Positions 50,206 to 61,570 of a DNA stretch of 64,000 nucleotides are shown here, in pieces (position 1 is the first letter of the stretch; each line of letters begins with the position of its first letter). Below the pieces are notes generated by a model, which had not been told where the DNA came from, ran no database searches, and saw nothing but the letters and a program-made list of their open reading frames with translations. The position numbers were made by a program, and so were the translations under genes. The stretch comes from Mahella sp. (GTDB lineage: Bacteria; Bacillota; Clostridia; Mahellales; Mahellaceae). The stretch is from positions 8,903-72,902 of the forward strand of contig NZ_JAIHAU010000004.1 in NCBI RefSeq assembly GCF_020054945.1. The letters run 5' to 3'.

Positions 50206-50943
50206 TCAAATATCATACCCTTCCAGAGCTTGTTCCCCTATCTTTATGCATTCCTGCGCCCTCTCGAACTGATTAGGCTTTATACCCGATACGTCAGGGC
50301 GTATTATATAATCCGCATCTATTACCTTATACTTATAAAGTTGCTTTTGCAGTGTATCTATTGAAAGCATGAGCAGTTCAGCGGCATTGGACGGATTAAT
50401 CGAAGTCGATGAAAATCCTACATCTACAGCTATTACAACATCAGCCCCCATTTCCTTAACCAAATCCGCTGGAATAAGATCTACAAATCCGCCGTCCACC
50501 AATATGCGATCATCAAGGTAGACTGGTTCAAATATCGCCGGTATAGCCGTACTGGCTCTGACCGCGGTGGCTATACTACCGCTTTTGAATATATACGGTT
50601 CGCCAGCCATAACATCGGTGGCCACGGCCCAAAACGGTATGCTGAGGTCTTCCATTTTGCGGTTGCCCGTCAGCGTGGCGATGACCGATTCAAGTTTCTT
50701 GCCCTGAAGTAAGCCTGTACGCGATAATGAAATATCCAACCAATATTTTGGCGTAATAGTAACCGCCAATTCTTCCAACATGTCCATAGATATGCCCGTA
50801 CAATAGATGGCTCCTATGAGGGCTCCCATACTGCAGCCCGCCACATAATCAGGGTGTATACCCCGGCTCTCCAGCGCCTTCAATACCCCTATATGCGCGT
50901 ATCCTCTCGCCGCTCCTCCGCCCAAGGCAAGCCCTACCTTCAT
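50206..50943 (-). CDS. Patatin-like phospholipase
   Basis: LGGGAARG, GCSMG, DGG; start at 50943 behind an AGGAGG RBS. Confidence 0.92.
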   Translation of the reverse strand: MKVGLALGGGAARGYAHIGVLKALESRGIHPDYVAGCSMGALIGAIYCTGISMDMLEELAVTITPKYWLDISLSRTGLLQGKKLESVIATLTGNRKMEDLSIPFWAVATDVMAGEPYIFKSGSIATAVRASTAIPAIFEPVYLDDRILVDGGFVDLIPADLVKEMGADVVIAVDVGFSSTSINPSNAAELLMLSIDTLQKQLYKYKVIDADYIIRPDVSGIKPNQFERAQECIKIGEQALEGYDI

Positions 50944-51360
50944 ATAAATCCTCCTATGATAAAATATTTGCTCGATAATCCTTTTAGCTCCATGATTTCG
51001 AATTCCATTTTTGAAAACATGGACGTATCGAAGCTGAGATGGACAGCTTGGATGTGCCCATGTGCTGCTTGCGATACATTGCTTTATTGTATTATACACC
51101 AAAAGCAAGCCCTTGTTAAACCTTCTCCAGCTGCAATTCGTAATGGCTCGGTGCTGGCGTAGGCTTTATATCATTGCAAGCGTTGAATTTGCCATACTAT
51201 AAATTAACATTGGCATTAAAGTTGCTATTGAAATCACTTTGGAAAAGTATTATCATTAGTATAAAATGGCTAAGGAAAAGAGGCGATACATACGAATGAT
51301 ACAAGGAAAATACGCCGCAAAACCGCCGATGCAACAATAATTGTCACTGTACTGGCCGCA

Positions 51361-51699
51361 TTGATAATATATATTTTAAATCGCGATATATATATACCGC
51401 TGGGCATAGCCATAGGCACCGCCCTCGCGATATGGCGTTTCGGCGCATTCTTGTCGCTCATAAGCGGGTACATAAAACCCACATCTACGGCAAATATAAT
51501 ATCTAAGGCTATGGTATACCCGCTATGGAATATATTACTTTTAATCGTGGCTACCGGTATAATTTATCTTTTAAAGCCCGCCGCTACCTTTGGTTTTATA
51601 ATAGGCCTTGGCGTGTATGGTATCGTCATGCCTGTTACAGTAATAATGCATATGCGAAGGGAGGTGACAAAACCAGATGGACATCGAGATAACGGCTAA
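51361..51699 (+). CDS. atpI: ATP synthase accessory protein AtpI-like (true start possibly about 51286)
   Basis: Small hydrophobic ORF directly before atpB; frame open from 51274. Confidence 0.6.
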   Translation: MIIYILNRDIYIPLGIAIGTALAIWRFGAFLSLISGYIKPTSTANIISKAMVYPLWNILLLIVATGIIYLLKPAATFGFIIGLGVYGIVMPVTVIMHMRREVTKPDGHRDNG

Positions 51700-52345
51700 A
51701 ACCGTCTTTACCATACCGATATTGGGCGGTATACCGGTCACCCAGACGGTGGTAAATATGTGGATAGTAATGGCCATACTGATAAGCGCGGCAATTATCA
51801 TACGTTTGACATTGAAGTGGGAAACCGTGCCGCATGGCTTGCAAAATGCCGTAGAGGCCTTGTGGGATATGATATCATCCTTTATAAAGCAAAACCTCGG
51901 CGATAAAGCCGATCCGTTCATCCCTTATCTGACCACTGTAGCGCTGTTTCTGGCCGTGGCCAATATGCTGGGCATACTCGGCCTGCGCCCTCCTACAAGC
52001 GACATAATGCTGACGGCGACACTCGCCATAATGACCATGGTAATGATTATATTCGGTTCAATAAAATACAAGGGTGTGGGTGGCTGGCTGCATAGCATAG
52101 CCGAACCGATAGCAATAATGGTGCCCTTTAATCTTATGGATTATTTTATACGGCCGTTATCGCTGGCTGCTCGGTTATTCGGTAATATACTGGCATCCAT
52201 GATAATAATGGATCTGGTATTTTCGTTTATACCCATAGGGGTGCCACCGATACTGAGCCTGTATTTCGATTTGTTCGACGGCCTCATTCAAACAGTGATA
52301 TTCCTATTTTTGAGCATGATATATCTAAGAGAAGCACTGGAATAG
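51677..52345 (+). CDS. atpB: F0 subunit a
   Basis: PT.D, RPLSLAARLFGN, IQ..IF..L...Y. Confidence 0.96.
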   Translation: MDIEITAKTVFTIPILGGIPVTQTVVNMWIVMAILISAAIIIRLTLKWETVPHGLQNAVEALWDMISSFIKQNLGDKADPFIPYLTTVALFLAVANMLGILGLRPPTSDIMLTATLAIMTMVMIIFGSIKYKGVGGWLHSIAEPIAIMVPFNLMDYFIRPLSLAARLFGNILASMIIMDLVFSFIPIGVPPILSLYFDLFDGLIQTVIFLFLSMIYLREALE

Positions 52346-52360
52346 AAGGGAGATAATATT

Positions 52361-52573
52361 ATGACAGCAATAGCAGCTGCAATAGCAGCATTAACGGGCA
52401 TAGGAGCAGGTATAGGCATAAGCATGGCCACAGGCAAAGCCGTAGACGCCGTAGCGCGTCAACCGGAAGCGGCCGACGCTATATTCCGCAACCTTCTCAT
52501 AGGCGCGGCGTTGTCCGAAGCCACCGCCATATACGGCCTGCTGACCGCCATACTTATACTGGTACTCGCATAA
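52361..52573 (+). CDS. atpE: F0 subunit c
   Basis: GIGAGIG, ARQPE, conserved E in EATAIY. Confidence 0.97.
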   Translation: MTAIAAAIAALTGIGAGIGISMATGKAVDAVARQPEAADAIFRNLLIGAALSEATAIYGLLTAILILVLA

Positions 52574-52597
52574 TATAGCACGAAAGGAAATGATGCT

Positions 52598-53080
52598 ATG
52601 TGGGATATATTGGCCACACCTATATTCGTGGTCATAAACCTGTTTATACTCTATTATATATTGAAAAAGCTGCTCTATAAGCCTCTTATGAATTTCATGG
52701 AAAACCGCAGCAAAAATATACAGAGCCAGCTGGAGCAGGCCAAAACGCGTCAACAGCAGGCCGAAGAGCTGTATGCACAGTATGTACAGCAATTAAACGA
52801 TATAAAGCAGCGCTCCGATCAGTTGTTAAAGGAGACAAGGGACAAAGCCGAGCAACAGATGAATGCCATCTTAAACGATGCTAAAGCTCAGGCCGAAACT
52901 ATACTCACCAAAGCCCAAATTGAGGCACAAAGGCAAAAAGAACTGACCATAGAGCATGCCAAGGATCAGATAGCCGCGCTTGCCATGGCAGCGGTATCTG
53001 AAATACTGCAGCGCGAGCTGGATGCTGAAACCGACGAACAGCTTGTAAAGTCCATTATAGAACAAGGCATAAGGGGGTAG
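52598..53080 (+). CDS. atpF: F0 subunit b
   Basis: N-terminal TM helix, KP....E.R, coiled coil. Confidence 0.93.
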   Translation: MWDILATPIFVVINLFILYYILKKLLYKPLMNFMENRSKNIQSQLEQAKTRQQQAEELYAQYVQQLNDIKQRSDQLLKETRDKAEQQMNAILNDAKAQAETILTKAQIEAQRQKELTIEHAKDQIAALAMAAVSEILQRELDAETDEQLVKSIIEQGIRG

Positions 53081-53084
53081 GAAT

Positions 53085-53639
53085 ATGCCCGATTCAGTCG
53101 CTGAAAACTACGCCGCTGCATTATTCGAAACCGCTGTGGATAAAAACCGCATAGAGGCATATATGCAGCAATTGCAAACCGTCATGGAAACTGTAAGCGC
53201 CAGCTCCGATCTCTTTAAGGCATTGATGAATCCCATAATATCCATGGATGAAAAAGCGCGTGCCGTAAGAAGGATATTTTCCGATACATGCGATGAGGAG
53301 ATAATAAGGTTCATCGGCATAATAATAAAAAACCGCCGTCTTAGTCGGCTGGGCGATATAGTAAAGCAATATGCCCATTTATATCGCCGCCATGCAGGTA
53401 TACTCGAGGTACGGGCCGTCGCTGCTCGCCCGCTGAATCCTGATATAATGGCTATGCTGAAGGGTCAACTGGAAAAAACGTATGGCAAATCGGTATATAT
53501 CGAAAATATCGTAGACCCATCCATAATAGGAGGCTTGAGATTGGAGATAGGCGGCCGTACGATAGATCGCTCCATCGCTTCGCGCTTAAGTGCCATAAAA
53601 TCAGCTGCCAGAAGGCTTGCAGCCAATATTTCCGTTTAG
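53085..53639 (+). CDS. atpH: F1 delta
   Basis: YA.ALF, NP, DPSIIGG...ID.S. Confidence 0.93.
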   Translation: MPDSVAENYAAALFETAVDKNRIEAYMQQLQTVMETVSASSDLFKALMNPIISMDEKARAVRRIFSDTCDEEIIRFIGIIIKNRRLSRLGDIVKQYAHLYRRHAGILEVRAVAARPLNPDIMAMLKGQLEKTYGKSVYIENIVDPSIIGGLRLEIGGRTIDRSIASRLSAIKSAARRLAANISV

Positions 53640-53655
53640 AAAGCGAGGTGTTTAA

Positions 53656-55177
53656 ATGCCCGTAAAAATAAATGAAATAGCCTCTATCCTTCGTCAGGAG
53701 ATAGAGGGCTTTGATCAAAAGGCCCATGTTGAAGATACCGGCTATGTTACCCGGTACAACGACGGCATAGCCATAATATATGGCTTGGAGCATTGCATGA
53801 GCAATGAAATGCTGGATTTCGGTAACGATGTATATGGTCTGGCTATGAATCTGAACGAGGACAGCGTAGGAGCCGTGCTTTTGGACATGTCATCGGATAT
53901 AAAGGAAGGAACGCAGGTAAAGCGCACCGGCCGCGTTATATCGGTACCTGTGGGCGATGCTTTGATAGGCCGCGCAGTGGATGCGCTATGCCGCCCCATA
54001 GACGGCAAAGGCCCGATACCGTCCGATAAGAGCAGGCCCATAGAAAATCCCGCGCCGCCAATTATAGATCGACAACCGGTAACGGTACCATTGCAGACCG
54101 GCATCGTATCCATAGACTCGATGATACCTATAGGCCGCGGCCAACGCGAACTCATCATAGGTGACCGGCAAACCGGCAAAACTGCCATAGCATTGGATAC
54201 CATATTGAACCAAAAAGACCAGGACGTCATATGCGTATATGTGGGTATAGGCCAGAAGGCGTCATCTATGGCGCAATTAGCACATACGCTTGATGAATTT
54301 GGCGCTATGGATTATACCGTCATGGTACTGGCGTCGGCAAGCGAACCTGCGGCGCTGCAATATGTATGCCCATATGCGGCCTGCGCCATAGCTGAAGAAT
54401 TCATGTATAGCGGTAAGGATGTGCTTATAATATACGACGACCTATCCAAGCACGCCGTAGCCTACCGTACCCTTTCCTTGCTGCTGCGCCGTCCGCCGGG
54501 CCGTGAGGCATTCCCTGGAGATGTATTTTACCTGCATTCACGCCTGCTGGAAAGGTCGGCGCGTTTGGATGAAAGATTAGGCGGCGGATCTATGACCGCT
54601 TTGCCTATTATAGAAACGCTGGCCGGCGACATATCGGCTTATATACCGACCAACGTTATATCCATAACTGACGGTCAGATATATCTTGAAAACGAATTAT
54701 TCCTGGCCGGCGTCAAACCGGCTGTAAATGTTGGCTTGTCGGTGTCCAGGGTAGGAGGCGCCGCTCAGACCAAAGCGATGAAAAAAATCGCCGGCACACT
54801 TCGTCTGGAGCTGGCGCAATACCGCGAGCTGGCCGCCTTTGCCCAATTTGGAGCCGAACTGGACGATAACACACGCCGGCGCCTGGCACGCGGTGAAAGA
54901 ATTACCGAAATGTTAAAGCAGGAACAATATAAACCGCTGCCGGTAAGCCATCAGGTTGTGCTGCTCTATGCGGCCATAAACAACTATCTTGAAGGTATAC
55001 CTGTGGAAGCCATAAACGACTTGAAACCGTCATTAATCGAATATATGGAGCTCCATGCGGCACAAGCCATGCAGTTCATACAACAAACAGGCACAATGGA
55101 TGATGATACCGAAGCAAGCATAAAACAGGCATTGCATGCTTTCATAGAAGAATATAAGCAAAGGCCGGGTGACAAAA

Positions 55178-55194
<17 letters not shown>
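53656..55194 (+). CDS. atpA: F1 alpha
   Basis: [29 protein letters not shown]. Confidence 0.98.
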
Positions 55195-57474
<2,280 letters not shown>

Positions 57475-57475
57475 T

Positions 57476-57895
57476 ATGCCGACCTTTCATTTGGACATAG
57501 TTTCGCCCGATCGCGAGTTCTTCGACGGCGACGTAGAGGAAATAATATTCCCTGTTTCCAACGGCTACACCAGCGATGGGTATATGGGCGTGCTGGCCGG
57601 CCATGAACCGATGGTATGCCCTATAGGCATCGGCGTGCTGCGCATAAAGCAAAACGGTCAATGGAGGGATGCTGCCATATCGGGAGGATTTATAGAGATA
57701 CGTCCCCAAACGGTAACGATACTATCCGACACAGTGGAGTGGCCGGAAGAGATCGACGCCCGACGCGCAGAAGCCGCGCGGCGCCGAGCTGAGGAGCGTT
57801 TGCGTCAGCGCCTGAGCCAGGAGGAATACCTCCGCTCGCAAGCGGCCCTTGCCCGGGCACTGACCCGTTTGCGCATATCAAATAGAAAGGTATAG
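57476..57895 (+). CDS. atpC: F1 epsilon
   Basis: IVSPD, GVLAGH.P, ISGGF, ID..RA..A..RA. Confidence 0.96.
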   Translation: MPTFHLDIVSPDREFFDGDVEEIIFPVSNGYTSDGYMGVLAGHEPMVCPIGIGVLRIKQNGQWRDAAISGGFIEIRPQTVTILSDTVEWPEEIDARRAEAARRRAEERLRQRLSQEEYLRSQAALARALTRLRISNRKV

Positions 57896-57925
57896 CATGG
57901 CAAACATATTCCCGCCGCATCACTA

Positions 57926-59314
57926 TCAATGCGGGCGGCTGGTACGTGCCAACAGATACGTTATAAATTGAGCGGCTGTGCGGCCCGAGCGACCGTTGTG
58001 CTTGGCCTGCCACTGCAGTGCCATGCTGTTCAGCTCGTCGATATTCATCTCAATACCTTGCTGGCGCGCCAAGCCATCCACTATCTCAAGATACTCCTCC
58101 TGATCCGGCTGTAGAAATGTCACTACTATGCCAAAACGGTCGGTCAAAGACAATTTCTCCTGCTTGGTATCGCCCTCATGCAGCTCGTCGTCACCCACTC
58201 TGTCGCTGAAGTATTCCTTTACCAGATGGCGGCGGTTGGACGTGGCAAATATTACAACATTATCCGGCCTTGGCTCTATGCCGCCTTCCAATACAGCTTT
58301 TAAGCCTGTATAAGCCGACTCATCAGCATCAAATGCCAAATCATCGACAAACAGTATAAAGCGTTGCTTGAACGGCCTGACAGTATCAAGTATATCATAA
58401 AAATCATTCAGATTATCGCGCGATACCTCTATAAGCCGTAAACCATCCTTGCCATAACGATGTATAAGCGCTTTCACAGTGGAAGACTTGCCCGTACCCC
58501 TATCGCCGTATAATAACATATTATTGGCAGCATAACCGCCCACAAAGCTTTCGGCATTATCTATGACCTGCTTGCGCTGTACATCATATCCTATGAGGTT
58601 ATCCAGCCGTATTGGGTCGGGATCGGCCACACCTGTCAAATAACCCGTGTATCCTGCACGACTTCCAACCCACCTGAATGTGAGATACTTGTTGAAAATA
58701 CCTATCCCTGTCTTTTTATAAAATTCAGCCAGAGCATCTATCATATCGGGCCAACAAGCGCTATCCGCTATACGCCGCTTTATCGATATGCGCTGGTTTT
58801 GCAGCCACAGTAAGCTGTCGTCTGCCTGATCCGACCGCTCATCTTTGCGTGAATAGCCCGAATTATATAGTATATCCCATCCAGGCCAATGCTGTGTCAC
58901 CATGCCCGTCCTCATGCCTATATTTTGCTTTAATATATCGCTGTCTATGCTGCATAATGTCTGCAAGTACTGCATATCGCTTTTAACCGCCTGCCGTATG
59001 GCATACGGTATATCGGCGTTATCCTCCATGCTCTGGCAATATTTGCTGAAAGCATTTTCGTCATTTAATACAAGATTCAGTATATGATCCTTCCACGGAT
59101 TGACGCCGTCGCCGCTTTGAATAGATAATAAGTCGTGGACCAGCCAATGATAAGCGTTGACCATATTATACGGCATAACCGACTCGTCATCTATCATCTC
59201 CAATAAATCGACAAAACTCCTGACCGTCTCATCTTCCGTTATGCTTTTATAGACCGTTAATCCCGCCGCTGCCAGCCTTGCATTGCGTATATCGTATATA
59301 TATTCGTTATTCAT
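57926..59314 (-). CDS. DUF815 AAA+ ATPase
   Basis: NMLLYGDRGTGKSS, FVDDL, ATSNRRHL, EKLSL.DRFG, RSGRTA.QF. Confidence 0.92.
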   Translation of the reverse strand: MNNEYIYDIRNARLAAAGLTVYKSITEDETVRSFVDLLEMIDDESVMPYNMVNAYHWLVHDLLSIQSGDGVNPWKDHILNLVLNDENAFSKYCQSMEDNADIPYAIRQAVKSDMQYLQTLCSIDSDILKQNIGMRTGMVTQHWPGWDILYNSGYSRKDERSDQADDSLLWLQNQRISIKRRIADSACWPDMIDALAEFYKKTGIGIFNKYLTFRWVGSRAGYTGYLTGVADPDPIRLDNLIGYDVQRKQVIDNAESFVGGYAANNMLLYGDRGTGKSSTVKALIHRYGKDGLRLIEVSRDNLNDFYDILDTVRPFKQRFILFVDDLAFDADESAYTGLKAVLEGGIEPRPDNVVIFATSNRRHLVKEYFSDRVGDDELHEGDTKQEKLSLTDRFGIVVTFLQPDQEEYLEIVDGLARQQGIEMNIDELNSMALQWQAKHNGRSGRTAAQFITYLLARTSRPH

Positions 59315-59323
59315 CGTTATCCA

Positions 59324-59497
59324 TCATCTGCCTTTTACTGCCTCAATTATCAACGGGAACGAACTGTCAGCGTCAAAGGGCTGTTTGGCGAAACTGCCGT
59401 AAAGGCTGGTATGGCTGAATCCTACAAGGGTTAATTGCTCTTGTCCCACCGGGAATATATAATCGTAGTATTTGCTTATGTCTTTATAAAAATCCAT
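59324..59497 (-). pseudogene. Class I SAM methyltransferase remnant with in-frame internal deletion
   Basis: N-terminus 'FY..ISKYYDYIFP' joined directly to C-terminus 'GF....LYGSF...PF....S..LIIEA'; SAM-binding core missing. Confidence 0.65.
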
Positions 59498-59738
59498 GGT
59501 TATCATCCTTTCGTATATATTTTACCACAACGTATTGAATTTTGGTATTAATCTTGATTCAACCCATTTGCGATCTACCGATGGGAAAGTCCACCCTTTT
59601 AAAGTTGGGATGAAAAGCGACTTGCCTTTTTCAGTTAAATTGTGCTATTATAACCATAGCAGGTGGCGGGGTTTGTTTGAAGATATTGGTCATGGATTTC
59701 ATAAGAAGATTTGCGATTAGCGGGGAGTGTATTTTGCA

Positions 59739-60320
59739 ATGAAGAAAGCATTGGTAATTATAGTATGCTTACTTTTTATAGCTTCAATTGGATTAAATAT
59801 ATATCAATATAGAAAAATTACTAATGAAAAAGAAATTAACATGAATATGGTGAAAGACTATATGAGTACATCAGAGGTAACATTCATAAACGCATTTGAA
59901 GTAGTTGATCAAGATATGATGGAGTATATTGCAGATCCGTCAAATCTAAGTAATTTTATCGAAAGCATTCAAGCAGCAGAATTATATTATCTTATAGCAT
60001 CACAACGTGTTGCTGCATTTCAACTTAATAATAAAGGCCCATCTTCCACTTACTTACAGTCGCGTTCTTTAATAGACGCTTACCTGCAAGAACTCCGATC
60101 GTATCGAAAATATCTAATGAGCAATGAAAATGGAGCTTATGCGTATACCGACCAGATTGCGATGGTTATAGCTGACCTAAAAACAATTGCCAACTGGTTG
60201 AGCGAAAGATATGAAAATAATAATTTCCAGGTTTATAACGATGATGATTTTTATAAAGAGGTATATGACAATCTTGCTAGTAATATTAAAGAGCATTATT
60301 TTATCGGCTTTTCTGGTTGA
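59739..60320 (+). CDS. Hypothetical exported or membrane-anchored protein
   Basis: MKK plus hydrophobic helix, 'S..LNIYQY'; AT-rich. Confidence 0.7.
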   Translation: MKKALVIIVCLLFIASIGLNIYQYRKITNEKEINMNMVKDYMSTSEVTFINAFEVVDQDMMEYIADPSNLSNFIESIQAAELYYLIASQRVAAFQLNNKGPSSTYLQSRSLIDAYLQELRSYRKYLMSNENGAYAYTDQIAMVIADLKTIANWLSERYENNNFQVYNDDDFYKEVYDNLASNIKEHYFIGFSG

Positions 60321-60481
60321 TAATATGGACTGCAATCGTCAATTATGGGACTTGAGCTATTAGCATTCAAGTTATATAATGATTTTACAATCACAAACAT
60401 GGATGGAAAATAGCATTTAGGTATTTGCGCAGCAAGTTATTACGCAGATCAAAAATTGATGTATTAAGGAGGTTACGATAT

Positions 60482-61105
60482 ATGAGGAATATGAAAAAAT
60501 TGGCCTGTTTGTGTACATTCTTTGCCTTATGAATTGTTTTAATCATTGGCGGTTGTACCTCCAATGGAGCTTCGACAGTTACAGTGAAAGATTTCGATCA
60601 ATTGTTAACAAGCCTTTATCAAGAGGGGAAATATATTTTTGAAGATTTGCCGTGGCTTATATCCAAAGAAGAGGTAATGGAAAGGAAACAATTGAATGAC
60701 AATAATTCGGTAAGAGAAGACTTATTGAAAATAGATGGGATCTTTCCTTTTAACGACTCATCGCTGGAACAAACGGTGTTATTTGTGTTTGAAGACGACA
60801 AATTTGTATCTGGTGAATATCTATTCTCAACTGCCGACCATGATGAATTTATCAAGTTTTGCGAGGAGCTTAAAACCCATTTGGAAAAATCGCTTCCAAA
60901 GCCGTTTGGGAATGATTTAAGCGTATTCGATAATGCAAAGAATGTAGATACTGATGGGCAAGGGGAAAGCGTGAGCTGGAAAGGCGAAGATGGCAGTTAT
61001 TTAATGGTTGACTTGCTTGCAGCCGCACAGGAGGATGATAAAAAGCAGTATATCATACAGATCCAAAGTACATCTCCTCTTCCTGAAAAAGAAGGATTGC
61101 AATAA
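60482..61105 (+). pseudogene. Lipoprotein gene with in-frame TGA in the signal peptide
   Basis: AAGGAGG RBS, MRNMKKLACLCTFFAL*IVLIIGGC (lipobox), in frame with ORF 60584-61105; TGA at 60530-60532. Confidence 0.75.
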
Positions 61106-61185
61106 TCATGTCCCGAACCTTGGGTGAAAATCACAATGGCCGTAGTTTCCGAAGAACCTGATGGCGACTTGCCATGTTTATGTTA

Positions 61186-61427
61186 TGAGCCCTATATATT
61201 AGGATGGTTGCCGTAGAGAAAATAGTGTATAATAAAAACACGACAAATCCTACGGAGATTTTATAATGTCTGACCATAGAAAGGTAAACGGGTATTATAC
61301 CCATGAATTTAAAGAGTTAGTCCTTAATATGAATATTCCGGCATCTGAGAGCCAGTTAATCCGATACAAAGAGCCGTCCATTCCGAACATGAGAGTCACA
61401 GATTCCAAAAATTCAGTCCGCTGTTGA
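61186..61427 (+). mobile_element. Possible IS3-family left-end remnant
   Basis: TGAGCCCTATATATTAGGA resembles an IS3 terminal repeat; 53-aa ORF 61266-61427 has 'YTHEFKE', like the OrfA Y.xEFK motif. Confidence 0.3.
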
Positions 61428-61570
61428 GGGCCACCAAAGGTATTACAATTATCCTACGAGTAATACCGCGGAGCTGTTCAGCGAACTTGACGCAACAACG
61501 GATACATAGGTGGCTCTATCTGAAGAGAATAGATGGCTCTGTCACCCCGGAATATTCAAAAACTTGTTTC

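Noticed and set aside
50944-51108. 55-aa N-terminal extension of the patatin ORF
   Set aside because: A strong RBS precedes ATG 50943, where family homology starts
52361-52573. Possible Na+-coupled ATP synthase
   Set aside because: Subunit c lacks the Q...ES(T) Na+ signature (has I and EAT); consistent with an ordinary H+ type
60530-60532. TGA as selenocysteine
   Set aside because: It lies in a signal-peptide hydrophobic core with no redox context or evident SECIS; nonsense mutation is simpler
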